A stretch of DNA of 64,000 nucleotides. It comes from Psilocybe cubensis (taxonomy: Eukaryota). Both the position numbers and the translations under genes were made by a program. Shown piece by piece: positions 1 to 14,200 of the stretch (its first letter is position 1; every line of letters starts with the position of its first letter). The stretch is from contig CM039010.1 of the NCBI GenBank assembly GCA_017499595.2, forward strand, positions 1,550,001 through 1,614,000, given 5' to 3'. The notes under the pieces are model-generated. The model worked only from the letters and a program-made list of their open reading frames with translations. It did no database searches and was not told the DNA's origin.

Positions 1-276
1 AGTTGTACCAGGGATTGGAATGGCTGGAACGAAAGCACATTGTGGGCAAGGTTCGAGGGTGAGTTATATTCATTGCGTGTATCTGTGCATCTTTTGACTG
101 CATTACTTCTGAAGGTTCCTCCCATATGTTGGTTACGTTACAATCGCTATGGTTCGTCTGTTGACAATTGTTCTTCCATGCTGTGATTTTAACTTTCATC
201 ATAGAACGATTTCCCGCAGCTGAAATACGCGTTGCTCGGCGGTCTGGGTCTTTTAGCACTAATACAACGGGAATAG
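1..276 (+). CDS. SEC11: Signal peptidase complex catalytic subunit SEC11, 3' end (partial, last three exons)
   Basis: Splicing 1-58 / 115-151 / 205-276 at GT-AG junctions gives [54 protein letters not shown], the recognisable Sec11 C-terminus. Confidence 0.92.
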
Positions 277-846
277 ACGCATTCTGTTAAAAGCATTATC
301 CCACTGGCCCCGAAAGGATCACATTAATGCAATACATACCCGCCTGTACTATTACTCATAATTTAACAGATATTTGTGCTGCCGGATTCAATTAATTTCT
401 GTTCGATGGCCTCTCAAGCACGTTTTCAGGTTTTTGATCCATTATTTTTCGACAACCGTGGAACTCGTAAAGCCGGGGATCTCGAAATGCCGTCAATTGC
501 GCGTCTGACGTTATCATGGTCCACATTCTTGCAGAGGACAAAAACGAAGTGTGGCATCACTTCAAGTTTGTCTGAGGACAGTCTCAGTTGTCGATGTTAT
601 CTGAAAAACTGCTATAAATCAACTGCAGTCCAAGATCCGGCGTCGAATCTTTTTCCTGGCTCTAATCGACTTCAATTGTCAAGTAATCGACGTTCAACAT
701 TTGGTTTGCCAAAGCATTCAGCATCGGGTATTCCTGTCAATTTGATGCCTTCTGATTGTATATTATTGAACGCTAATAATGATACATGATGTACAGCTTA
801 CACAAGTTGCTAGGATTCATCATTCGGACAACATACTGTAAATAAC

Positions 847-1320
847 CTAAGCAAGCTGGGTCTTCACTGTTTGGCTGCTGATTGACCGCATTGTACTAGT
901 TGTAGATAACCTCGATGGTGCAGTTTTTACACGTTTCATTCGTCCTGCAGAAGGCGACGTTTCGAGGGGCTCTTCCTCTGATTCTTTCTCTTCTTCTTGG
1001 AATATCTCCAGGTTTCGCTTTCCACCGACTCGGCCATAACATGCAGAATCGTTTTTCCAAGACCATTTATCGTCGTCCGGAAGGTTAAGCATGTGTTTAC
1101 GCAGAATCGCAATGACAGCTTTATGCGTGGGTTTGGATCCATGGATTGACTGAAGAAAGATCAACTGACGTAGCTCCTCCATGCATGGAGCCAAGTCTTT
1201 GAAGTAGGGCGTGAAACAGTCGGTAATGCCTACTTTGAAATCTTCTGGAGATGGTGTCTTCATGAGCACGCCTTTTGTAACGGCAATGAGTGTGAAGTCG
1301 CTGCCGTGTCATACTTTTTT
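847..1320 (-). pseudogene. Probable relic of a fungal-type (FunK1-like) protein kinase C-terminus
   Basis: Reads HGSDFTLIAVTKGVLM...FKVGITDCFTPYFKDLAPCMEELRQLIF, similar to the F.PYF.DL.P...ELR motif at FunK1 C-termini. A stop and a poly-T run (~1315-1326) lie just upstream, and no kinase core is visible. Confidence 0.45.
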
Positions 1321-2204
1321 TTTTTTGGTGGAGCCACGTAGTAAACGACAGCTTACAAGAGTTAGTTTCGAGTACTGGCCAAAGGGTGCGAGGGTTATAA
1401 ACCCTCACTAACAGTAGTGATTGAGAGATTGAAGAGAATGCCGACCCGGAGGAATGCTTTAGGCACATCGTATTAAAGGCAGTGTGGGACTTTGACATAG
1501 GTTTTGTCCGCGTCCGCGAAGACGCGTCATTATGCCTGTACCCACTACAACCCCCTTCATTCTAGTCCAATCCTCGTGCAGGTATTCCTCATCTTTGAGG
1601 TTCCCTGCCACGTCTTTAGGACGGTCTCGAAACAGTTCATTTTCAAAAAGGGCAGCATAAAGATTCCAGAAACTGGCGCTGAGGTTAAAACGGTGATCCA
1701 TTCCAAATTCAATCGTTTTGAGTTGCCAGCTTTTTATTCCTCCGCGGCGTGCTGTAGCCAGTTCATAATGGTTATTGATAAATAACGAAACTAATAGCAT
1801 ATGGGCTCGTCATAAAGGCGCTGTATCTAGCAATTTAAAGTCTATGTAGTTGTGCCTTGCAAAAAAGCACATCATAATTTTGGGAGGTTTGGACATGAAT
1901 AAATAAGATTGAGTTACAGTATCAGTATTAAGGTCAAGGAACAGTGTAACGAAACAATGGTAGAAAGCGAGATAGCAGGAGGGGTTAACGATACGGTGAA
2001 ACGAAGGACGATGGTAATACAGAGAATTTTAGCAGGGTGTGGTTACAATAACAGCAGTAGGAGGAATAGATAACAAGGGTGTCAAAGGTAACCTAGAAAA
2101 ACCGAGAGAGATAGCATAAGAGGATAAATGGCATGTAGGCGAAGTTTAGGGAAACACGATGAAGAAGCGGAAAGGATGATTACTCATGCACATGGGTATA
2201 AATG

Positions 2205-5200
2205 TCATGTATAGAATCTGTATTCGGATTCATTACTCCAGTACGTCGGAGGACCTTGAACGGTCTGAGGTCGTGATTGTTGTTGTTGTTGCTGCTGCTG
2301 CTGAGGATGCCATGCAGCGGAGAGAGCCATGTCGATAGAAAGCTGCTGACCAGGTCTAGCGGTGTCCATATCCTCACCATACGGGTGGGGCGTAGGTTCC
2401 ATAGACATATGTGGCTGGTGATGCTGTGGTCGATGTTGTTGCTGGGTCTGTTGTTGCTGTTGTTGTACATGCATATGTTGCAGTGCGTGATTTCCTCCCA
2501 TTGCGATGGGCTTCACATCGTACAAACTTTCTTGCTGCTGCTGCTGATGCTGGGGTTTGTCGTACACGGCGTTATCAGATACAGGAACCATATTTTGGTC
2601 CATGCCCATATCCATGAGAGACATCGTCTGCGTGGGCTGATGATGTTGCGATGACGAAGATGGACTACTATACGACTCGTTGCCAAAGGTATTCGTGGAA
2701 TGGAAGTAAGCTGTTGGACTGCTGTTCACACCCTGAGGAACTGATGGTTGGGGTCCGAAAACAGGAGGAGTTGGATGGTGCCCATTGAACGTGGGAGTCG
2801 GAGGGTGTCCAGAGCTAGCGGCGCTGGCTGTGGCGAATGGAGATCCAGAAGACGATGGTGGCCCAGCAGAGTTCGAAAACGGACTTGAAACCGAGTTGTT
2901 GTATGCCATAGCGTCAGACGAAGAAGGACCGGCATCGAAGGGGGCCTGGTTATGCGTCTGGTCATACATTGTGTGAGCCTGATCAACAATTCGAGGAGTG
3001 AAGGGAACTTGAGTCGGCGAAAGTTGCTGTTGCTGAACTGGGTCGTGTTCGTGAACCCCGAAAAGCTTCCTCTGTATTGAGTCGTTTGAGGGTTGACCGA
3101 ATGGCAAGGGATAGTCTGGGTCAGATCCAAGTCGTCGTCTATGCGGTTGGTCATTGGGCCGTGGTATTTGATCACCAAAGGATTCTGGTCTGGATCTCTG
3201 CATATCGTCTACATTTTCGATGACCTGCATCTTTTGCTTCTGTTGGAACGCTAAGACCGCCTCCGCAGTAGGGCCGTTTGAAGAAGGCAGAGGGCGAGGT
3301 ATCGATGTCATGAGAGGACCCGAGACAGACTGGCCTCTTGATCGAGACGGGGAAGGGGCTTGTATATCTTTGCCAGCCCTGACGCGGATGCCTACCGTTG
3401 GATGTGTTTTCTTTGACTGTTTCCTGTCCCTTTCCTTGTCCTGCCCAGATTCTTTTTCTGCACTCCTTGCTGCCGCTGCAGACAGCCTGGCCGCCGTCAC
3501 GGACAAAGCAAGATCAGTCTTTGACTGCTCGTTATGAAGCGGATGGTCTTGTGGGAAGCTTGCGAGCGCATTTGCCTGTCCAGAGCTTAACGGGACAGAG
3601 GTCACGTGTGTTGTAGACGAGGATCCTCCAGGGGAATCGAGCACAATACTATTGGCAAGAGGTTGCTGGAAATGCATGCTAGTTTGACGACCGTTTTGAT
3701 TGTGGCCGAAGTCCAAATCAGATAGGGAGGTGTTGCCACCGCCAACTCCGTTTGCCATTGTCGAATAATTATGCGGTGCATCTACTCGTCGATTTTTGGT
3801 ATGCAGCATACAGTTGATCACCGGTGCAAACTTACCTGCAAAAGCGTTTCCCAATTCCATTTCACCGTGTTTCCTTTTGAGCAAGTTCAGACCCCCCGTC
3901 CCATCACTGTGCAACGAAAGACGCCGGTATAGGGCCCCGATAACCTTTTTCTGGGCCTCTCCAACTCCGCGTCCAGGTCCAGCGCACATGTCAGATAACA
4001 TATTGAGCCCCACACTCACGTCCTCCATCACCCCTTGTGCGCCATCGACAGAGAAAGCCAAAGCTGACAATGACGAACGTTTCGAATTGCCCTGACCCGC
4101 AACGAGAGCGGCGTGTGCGCAAATGACGACAGCATCAAACACAACTTTTTCCAAAGGGTAAAAGTCGAACATGGCAGGCAAGATTTCTAATGCAGTCGAG
4201 GAGTGAGAGCTGGTGCCCGAGTTTGCGATAGTGTTTGCATTCGGGATGGCGATCGAGTGCCCCTCCGTGATTCCTGGAAGCTTTGTCCGAAGATCTTGAA
4301 GTATGTTTGCAGCGCGTACGATGCACTGTCCCGCGTGCATTGTGGTTTGATACGCCACTGAGATCCCGCTAGGTGATGTAGTTGTGGTCGTTGTTGATGG
4401 TGGAGGAGACTGGGCAGCGACAGCTGACGTTGACGCGTTCCGGAGAAAGGGCGTGAAAACTTTTATGAGAAGCATGTTGGCCATTATGGACAGTTCGCAA
4501 CTCTGCATTTTGAGAACGAGTTTGTGTCTTTCTTCGTCCCCAAGAGCCGGGATATTCGACTGAGATCCAGGAACCTCCGAGGCAGAAGAAAAAGAAAGTC
4601 TGAAAGTTAGGGGCAACCCCGATTGCCATCTCCTGATGTCGTCCTGAAGCGACGTTGCTTGGTCGAGCGTATATCCACAACAGCAATCAGGGCTCATAAT
4701 TCGTGCCTTGATTGACTGAGCGATGTGGGCCAGCCTTGAAAAGGAAAAGATAGGCTGAGTTCAAAGCATTCGGTGAAGCGAATAGATAGCATACCTGTAG
4801 CGAGCATCAAGGTAAGATTGTTCTGTACCTGAAGTATCGGAATCACTGAATTGTGTTGAATGACAATGAGGCCGCTGAGTCGGGTTGCTACTGGTGAATT
4901 CATCGATATCCTCATGTTCGCCGTCATTGTGGTGTATGTGGAGGACGTTCGGGAGAACGGAACTCGAATCTAGAGATAAAGATCCAGAAAAAGGAAGCTT
5001 TGCAGAAGCACCCTTGGAAGATGTCGTATGTGGTTGCATACCCGAAGCGTCTGATGTAAACCTAAAAGCACAAATAAGACGATTCGTTAGTACAAGTTAT
5101 TAGAAACAATTCACGTCAGAAGCGTCAAAATTGGGGAACACATACAGGTCCAATAAGGTAACGTGGCAGAGTAACATCCTCCTCCATTCCTCCCTGGTAG

Positions 5201-8200
5201 TTTTCCTTTCAGACCGTTCTCGCTCTTCGAAATCTTTTGTCTTCTCTCTCTCAGCCCCAACGACGTCCTTTTCTTTTCTTCGCTTTCCAATACCTGGCCC
5301 TGAAACGTTATGCCCCAAGCTGATAGTTCCCAGAGTGTTGCTCGTAGAATTCCCGACCCTACGAATGAGGCTGGAGGTGGAAAATTTTTCCGTTTCGAGT
5401 CCAATAGCACGGGCTGCCTTGATCGCTTTACCGACCTACCGAAAAACAATCCATGTCAGTATAAAACAAATAAGAAATACCCCGCCTCTTCGGGAAAAAT
5501 GGAAGAACTGCAAAAGATATACATACCAAACCATGAACAGCCCCGCCATCATCCGCTCTCGTATCCTCTTTACCAATACCCCTGCCGGAGACGGAAGCGG
5601 ACGATAGCAGCTGCAAGTATTCAACGCCTACAATGCAGGCCAGAACGGATTGCATTCGTTCCTTCTCTACCTCGTCCGACTTTTCCGTAGAAGCATCCAA
5701 TGCTTCCCTATTGGTGTCCGAAGGCAAAGGGGAAGAAAGATGAGTTTCCCAGACGGTCAAGGCCTGCTGAGAGAGAGCGTAGAAGAATGCTGCGCTGTCT
5801 GTTGCGACAGATGTCGTTGGACTGGAGTTTCTTCCGAAGTTCGAGCTGGAGCTCGACGATATAGAGGAAGATGAGGATGAAGTGGACGCTAATGCCCCAA
5901 TGGCGAGCACAGCACACATGGTCGAAAAGAAGGTCAACGACTCCTCGTCACCCGATTCCTCTGCTGCGGCCATCGATGACGATGAGGGATGCAACGGGGC
6001 GTCCTTATCCCGATTCGTACCACTGGAGCTCAGTTCTTCCATCTCAGCATCCTGCACATGCGAGGACGACGTTGAGTTGGCTCCAGCTTGCAGTCCGACA
6101 ATTCCCCCGAAATATATTTGCCGCGCCCGCCGCGCCTCTTTTGCCTTCTCCTTCTTTTCGCGCTCCTTCCTTTCTCTCTCGCGCTCTCGTTCTCTTTCAC
6201 GCTCCCTCTCCTGCCGACGTTTCACTCGCGCTTGGTAGGCCGGCCCAGAGCTGGGTCCGCTGAGGAGAGTGATACATCGATTTTCGAACGCCTTCCAGCT
6301 GGTCACAATGGCCTTTGCTGGAGAGTGCAGGCCATGAGTTGCAGTTCCACCTCTTCGAATTTGCCGGCTGTTTTCTCGCTGTTTAACCTTGCGCCTTCCA
6401 GCCATAGCACCGCCACCACCACCATCGTCCCCGTCTTCGTCGCCGGTCCACTGGTTCTCTCCACCCCTCCCACCCCAGTCCCAGGCTCCAGCCTCATCCA
6501 TCCCGATTCGCGATGCATCCATGTTTATATCCGGTCCATCGTCAACACCGTCCAGATCTAAATCGGAGCTAAGTGGAAGCGGCAGCGGCAGAGGCCGCAC
6601 TTTGAAAACTTCGCCTGCGCGGTCGAGAAGAGATTTGCATTGTTCTAGAGGCGGCAGAAGAGCGAGTAGGGCCGGAGTTACTTGGGGCTTGGTACTTGGG
6701 GCTTGTGACGAGGGCACGGGAGAGGGATTCGAGTGCGGGTTCGTAAGCGCAATGCTGTGTGAATTTTGAGGTTGGGTGTTGTGGGTGGGTGGGAAGATAT
6801 AACCATTGACCGACGCGGTTGCGGATGAATTTGACGCGTTCGCGGTCGTTGCGGAACTAGCCGTATGATTTGAAATTGAGACGGCGCTTGGGGTGGAGGA
6901 TGTGAAATGGTTTGTCGGTGACGTATGCGCGGGCTGTTGGAACGGGAACGCGGCGGATGAAGAGGGAGAAGAGCCTGGAGGTGGTATAGATGGTACCGGG
7001 TAGTAGATGCTCAGTGCTGGTAAGAGTAGCTGTGCATGTGCAGCAACAGCAGCTGACGACGAGCACAATGAGGAAGAAGTAGTATTTGAACCGGACGGTC
7101 CGGCACGGGCATGGTTCTGCGGCTGGTGGTATTGCGGAAAGTGGGCGACATTTGCCCTTTGGGCAAGTGGAGGAGTAGAGGACCGAGATTGAATGTGGGA
7201 GGTAGCATTCGAATCAATGTCTATGACAATCGAGCGCCCAAAACCACTATTATTATTGATGTTGGGGTTACTGTCGCTAGACTGCGGATAAGAAAAGTCG
7301 ACATCGACGGTCGAGGGTTCCAATTTGATATAGCCCAAGTTGCCCACATTTGAGCCCGTTAGCGTGTTGTTTGTATGATGCGTATGTAATGGTGGACTAG
7401 GATTCGTCCGCGAATCCGAAGCCGATGAGGTGTTCGTAGTGGCGGTGGAAGAAATTCGTGGAATACCTAGATCAAGGTCTTCTAGCCAGATACTAGATAC
7501 ATCCTGTGGGGAAAGCATGAGTCGTGAGTCGTGAGTCGTAGATGGTGGCGCAGCGTAGTGGTGGTGATGTTGGTGCTGCGACGACGGTTGTTGAGATACA
7601 GACGTTGAATTTGCACTAAATGCAGGCGTGACATTGCTTGCTGCATTAGAAGCAGTTGTACTGCTGAGACTTGGGCCCGGCGTATATGAACCAGCAATTG
7701 GATATGCGGATTGAAAAGCAGGCGGTTGCTGCCCGTTGGTAATCATTTGTAGAATGGCTTCAACTTGAATAAGTCGATTATTCAAAGAATGCAAGTCCCT
7801 AAATTGAAAGAGATTCGCACTGCCTCTTCGAATGATGTAAAAAAAACCAATGCTCACACTTTCTCCGCTGCGGCAGGCGAATAAATACACCTCACAACCG
7901 TGTCGCGCTTCGTACAACTACCACAGGGAGCCCTTCTATCGCATTTGAGCTTTAAACGCTTGCACTACACATTTGAAAATGGAGAAAGTCAGCGGTGTTC
8001 ATAGTTCGTTTCAAATAAGGACCGACGTACCTCAGCGCATACTACAGTGATTCTGGATCTGATTTGACTGGACGAAGATTGACATTATGATGCATCGGAG
8101 GCATAGAAGACAACTCACGGGCCCGTTGATGATGTGGGTGCATTCTGGGAGACTGTAGAGGACGAAGGATTGATGGGCTGGGCTGGAGGTACTGGAGACT

Positions 8201-8204
8201 CCAT
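2205..8204 (-). CDS. Large Zn(II)2Cys6 fungal transcription factor with poly-Q, poly-S and RE-repeat tracts (multi-exon)
   Basis: ATG at 8204; splicing gives MESPVPPAQP...GP|QIRSRITVVCAE|CKRLKLKCDRRAPCGSCTKRDTVVRCIYSPAAAEKV|DLHSLNNRLIQVE (six-Cys binuclear cluster plus coiled coil). Continues through ORFs 5428-7917 and 2205-4697, with remnants of the middle homology region (WRRMLLCHVTLLD; YLDARYR). Confidence 0.88.
6140..6215 (-). repeat. Coding GA-rich microsatellite encoding an (RE)n/EK tract in the transcription factor
   Basis: CT-rich run on + strand; translates to RRQERERERERERERERKEREKKEK. Confidence 0.75.
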
Positions 8205-11200
8205 GGGTTGGGGGAGGAGGGATTGTATTGTGGGCGTGAGTGCTTGATATCTATTCTAACAGCCCAACACCTCAGGGTCAGTGTGACTCTGTCACAAAGA
8301 TCAAGATCTCGCCCTTGCCGCGGCTCGTGCCGTGTTGCTATTAGCTTCCGTATCCCGATTTGGGAGATCCATGTCACCCCCCTTTCTTAGGCACAATAAC
8401 GTCACATACGCTCGGCCCGTCATGTTTTCTCTCACAGTTCGCTCGCCAATCGCTTGCAAGTCCAGAAATGTGATCACTTCCGCCCCCTTTCATCCACCCG
8501 TTGTCCATGGATCTCTCCTTCTCGTTTCGGCCGCCCAACCTATGATATACGCGTTTGGTCTGAGCAACGTTAGACCTGTCAAGTAGCTCCCACACCAACA
8601 TCATCGCCATCCATATCAACAACTACGGCTTGCGCACCCAATCAATTTGTATCCGCAGAAAGTATGTAGGTCGAGGTTAATCCATCACCAAGATCCTTTT
8701 ATCAAGCTTAATTCATTTCAACACACGCCAATGACGGGCCACGCCGATATCATCCTAATACTCGTCTGACACCGAAAGGGTTCAACCTCCTCCTGGACTT
8801 CCGCCCCATTCGACGATACAATTGCATCTTTGCATACATTCACTTGACAACCTGAAACGGAACTCTCTCGAAATAGGAACATGAACCCCCGTAGTCAAGT
8901 GGCGGTAGGGCATCATGCCGTCCCGTATATCTGTGAGCCTCGAGGCTTAGGTTTCTCCCCAGGGACGTGGCACTACATTACCATGGCCTTCAGAACTGTA
9001 GAACCAACTGCCATAACAATCCACAGCCGAAAATTAAGGCCCTTATTATATCTTGAAGTCATATCAATTTAATTGACATGTCATACTCAGTTCAAATCTG
9101 AGTCTTCATTTTTTTTTAAAAAAAGAGGCGATAACATCGACGAATGGTACTGTCTCGGTGCAAAATTCCTCCCCAGGTACTTCCCATATCTTCTGAAAGT
9201 TTCTTCACGTTCAATTTTCACTGTGAATGCGGCAAGCTAGTTAGGCAATCAAATTTCGAATAAATGGCATAGCGGACGATATAAACCTATCACCATGTCA
9301 TGATACGCACCCAATCATGAGTTTGGGTGGTGTTATCCAACAAGCGCCACTGACACTAATCGACATACAGGCTCACATTCTATCCTTTAGAAAATAAATT
9401 CGCATTATTCCAGGTTTCTGTCTTTCACATCGTTTTGAGAAAATATCTTCGATTACGAATACTCAACAATGTCGCAAAGATTCGTCCTCATCTGACAGCG
9501 ACATAGCTACCCTCGCCACCTCCCTACAATGCACAAACCCGCAGTCCCTGAAACCAACCGAGTACCTGACGCAGCCACGGCGGCCACACGTAGTGACATC
9601 CTGATGATGGATACCGTACATATCTCAAATTCTCGTTCGTGTACTTGCCACATTATAAGTTAACGTCAACATAATTTAATCGCAAGCGTTTATTCACGCA
9701 TAAGTAAATATACAACCCATTGACGCTCCCCGCTTCCGCACCCGTCTCCTCTGATAGAAGCGGTGACGACAGCGCTTTCACCACGCTCGCAAGTTTCCGG
9801 GAGCAGGCATGCCAGGATCCAGGAAGACCACTGCGAAGTGACAAGTGATAAATCGACGTATGCACAGCGCACGGTTATTCTTGGCCACTCCCGCCACGAT
9901 TTCCGTAACAGTTCCTCCATAGATTTTCGGATTCAGCGTTACGGATTTGTCATGCCGTTTTGTATACTGTCGAGCGCCGGAAAGTTGTATACGGATGACG
10001 AACCTCAATCTACAAATACAGTACATAACATATCTCACTCACCCAGAAACATATCTCGTTTCCGAGTTACGACCCCCTCCAGACCCCCTCCATATTACCC
10101 GGGACGCTCGCCCGAGTACATTACGACAACGTCTTGAGTATATCTCACACTGTCTCCCTGTTTTGTTCAAAGTGGCATTAAGTTCAGAAGTCTATAAAAT
10201 GCCTTCGACGATTACTCAGTCTAAAAAAGACTTAAAGCACTTATTTAAGACCTTCCCCATCTCCCCAAATCACCGAACGTAAAGAATAAAAATATCCACC
10301 GCTTTTCTTGGGTAGGACATGCGCGTTGTTTCTTACTTTTTCACCACATAACTCAAAATCCAAAAATAGGTTGAATTGTGCTGTGGAATTGATTGCCTTA
10401 AAAAAGTCAGTTTCGTGCTTGTACGTGTTCACGGGTAAACTTTCTGGTGCTTACATATATAGCGCCATGGTCTATAGTTGGGGGAAGAGAGCGTGATAGA
10501 TGGTGGCTAGCCTTTATATCAACAAGTCGGGACCGGTCTCGGATTCTTCAAAGCGCTCCAACAATATTGATGGGTACGGATGAATATAAGTACCCTAGCA
10601 CTAACAAATAATTGCTCAGGTAAAATCAGTTGTAATGGGTTTAGTCGGCCTCAGTTTCTTGTGCGTAAATCATCGTGATCCTGTGGAATGTGGACCTCAA
10701 ATGAACTAATGAACACGGATGTAATACTCGTAAACATGCAGAAGTATGACCTGTGTTCTTTTGATAGCATTTCATTTCCTCTTCATCTCTCGCGAGCCTT
10801 TCATCTAGAAATTAATCGCTCTCATTTCATTGGACTCTGCGATAAAAAAATCACACGGTGAAACTTGACGAGAAGAAGAAGGCAACGTGGTATCGACTCG
10901 TGTTCCCTCCATTACTACATGAACCTTTCGATCGAGGCGTAGAGCTTATATTCCGGATAGCCTATTATTTGACTGCAATGATCGGTTTGCCGTCGCATAC
11001 CAGAGCCACAGCGCGATTATTGCTGACTAGCGCCGTAACATTGACGGTCCCGAGACACAAGCTTCAATGGTCCCCTTGCGCAAGCGCCGGAGCCAGATAC
11101 GCAGTATCTCCTGCAGATTAGATTGCAAACGAAGTTCTCTAGAGAGGACCCTGTTTACGATGGGTCCTCCGTACGACACGTGTATTCATTTGAGCCATCA

Positions 11201-14200
11201 TACGTCCGAAGTTTCAATCAATGGGCTTCTAAGACTTTGGCGACAAACCAGTAAGGTAGTATTTCGTGAAGATAAGCAGGGATTAGTTTTCCACATTCAT
11301 GAGGATTTCTACGATAGATTGACCCCTTACTTACACAGGAGATTTCAGTCTAACGGTGAGCCGTCACCTCAACTCCCACCTCCCTCCCTCGCATGCGGCA
11401 AGCGTCAAAGTAAGATACCATTTTTCGGGGTCACTTTACGCAGTAGAGATAAATATAGCGGCGGCATTTCATTTACATACGACCAAAACTTATAAATAAC
11501 CACCATGGTGCTCATAGGCATTCACTAATCTCCAAAGGTTTGAGTGACATCCATCAATCATTTTTCCAACTGAAATACTAATTGCAATTCAATTGAAGGT
11601 TTTAAGCCTTTCTCACATGCACGAGGCTTGAATGCAGAGACGGACAGGTTTTCTGCACATTCCGTCAACCTACAAATGGTTCTGAACCGTCTTCGATTTC
11701 CCCCCTCAAGGTTGATTCTTTTTCATTCTCCACATTCAAGCTTCCGATTTCAATGAATCAATGTGAAGGTTCCGAAGGTTCCCCAGATAGTCGGCAATCT
11801 CCTCGGCCTCCTCGGCATTGCAATGCCGTTAAGATGCCGTCGCAGGGTCGGCTCACAATAGAGAGACAAAATAAGCGACCGCAAAATGCCTGAAGGACTG
11901 ACAACGCTGGATTGATTCCAGCGTGGTTTATACTTGAAATCCCGTTATATATAGAACCTACCGAAAGAAATGGATATCAATAAAATACGTATTTCATCTC
12001 GGATCCGGCACATGCTAGGGCGCTCGATAGCAGCCTGCCTTTTCCCTCAAAGCACAAAGCTCCAGTTTATCTGAACTCAGGGCAGTAGTTCCGGCTGCAT
12101 AACGGTGGAGGGGGGTCTAAAATGACTATCATTGTCAATGTCGCATTGATCTTATTCGGACCGATACCGCGTGATTCCGTGCAAGGTATACTCGCCAATC
12201 GGAACTTACTGAAGTTGACCTGACCATACGATGGTGGAATGATGGTCTCGATGGCAGTACTCAGCTGTGCGTTTTGAAGTATTTAGTACTTCTGCGGATA
12301 ATTAATGGATCAATCGAGCTCTTGTACTTTCATACCCGTAGCTGCTATCGAATCTTAGCGACCTTCTTGATTAAATTGCCATATCACATTTCTCTTGTTC
12401 TTTCGCCCGAAGCCCCAAATCGGCATATATCCACCTTGTTAATATTCGATTGGCCTAATACAAATTTTCAACTCTGGAAAACACAATTCAGCGAGTGCAA
12501 CACCATCTCAAATTATCAGAGCTCCACCTATCGGTTGGAAGCTTCTTGAAACTCTTGGACCGACCGGTCCCGGTATTAAGCAGGAGAAATCTGGGGGGGT
12601 TAATTGTCCTCTATACCCGGATCATCCTCGTCAGTAAGGTAACCGCAGAGTTTATTCCATGCTGTATCACGGCACTTAAGACTCGCTGGCTGTAGACCAA
12701 GTATTTGTACAAGCTTATAACAGATCAGATCCTATAAAAGCGGGGACAGGCTCTGCCGTCGAAGTCAGGAAGTTGTTCCACGAATCGATATTGAACAGAT
12801 CCAAGGATATGCATACACGTACGTTCCTCAAGTCTGCTATTAATGTAGATAATGGGTGTACTGTATGTCCTTTACCCAAGCAGTGCTTTACAGACTTACA
12901 GTTCCAAAATCTCAAACAGTTTTAAGCCTCTTCATCGAGTAGACGACGCGTTCCTTAAGCTACTACAAGCTGTCAAATAGAGTGACGGAACCATGAGTAT
13001 TGACATTTCAAAACCATATAATAGAGTAATGTTTATGGAAATTATGATATTGACCCTCGGCGTCTTTGTCACCGAGGTATGTGCCTGAGAAGACAGCGAT
13101 AGGGATTGCCACCAGAAAGGTCTGATCTAGCTTAAAGAAGCCCTTCTGAGGATTTTACAAACAGGTGTGTACCAACTGGACGCCTTGGGTCACAGACCTA
13201 CTAGACGACGTGGGCACGACCAAAGACATGCTTGAAGTAACGGGCTACTAGTGTCAGTGCACATGAGAACTGAATAGAGAATCGGTGACTTCTAAACGAC
13301 GCCACTCTCTCATGACAGGCTTCTTTATCAAGGACGTGACTTTGACGTCTGGCTCATGACATATCTTGCAAGCAGTCTAAATGCGCATGATACTCTCCGG
13401 AGCTACTGTTCTAAGCAATCTCGTGAGCCGCGAAGGGGATAGACGGTACGATGTGCGGCCAATGACTTATCTATCAAAGATAAGGGAGCCAGAGGTGCAT
13501 TTAGTTACAGTAAGCCTGAGCAAGGCACGGGTTGAGTGGTAAGCTTAATCCAGTGGTCAGTAACTAGGGACATGTGCATATATATTACTATTAGACAGTA
13601 CTACCAAAAGAATCTCGTACCCTTTTTTTGCATCTTCTCAGCAGTATGAAAAGGCATCGTGCGGTGTTCATGAATAACCTATATTTCATACCAACCAGTG
13701 GCAACCACCTGTAGTTTTTACTGTTTTAAAACTTGTATTTTTCTATGTTGGGTGGGAGATTGTGCGTATATACGACGTGCAATAAGCAAGGAACTTCATG
13801 AGGTAATATCAAGCTCTCTTTAGCTGGTTGGTAAAGTCAGAATAGCCCGAACCCTACTGGTCGACAAGCACGACGCCTTGCATTCTATGCTTCTGGCACA
13901 CACTACTTCAAAAACTAGGCGGGTTTAAATACAACACCTGCAGTAAAAGTAAATAATTTCTCACTTCTAGAACGACAAGAAACAGAGTGGGAACTCGTGA
14001 ATTAGCACCCTGGGCACAATCACACATTTAGACAACACTAGCTTGCAACTCTGTGGTCTATAACGTTGGATGAGATACCTGCGTCCCAAAGGAGCTTTTA
14101 TCGAGCCTATCAGCAACTTCCTATGCGCCATTAGGTATGACCAAGTGCGTCTGGGCTTTGGACAAGCGCTCATTGACACGTGTACGATGCTTGAAATCTC

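Noticed and set aside
376-789. 137-aa + ORF after SEC11
   Set aside because: GTG start, no recognisable motif, lies in the 3' flank; likely spurious.
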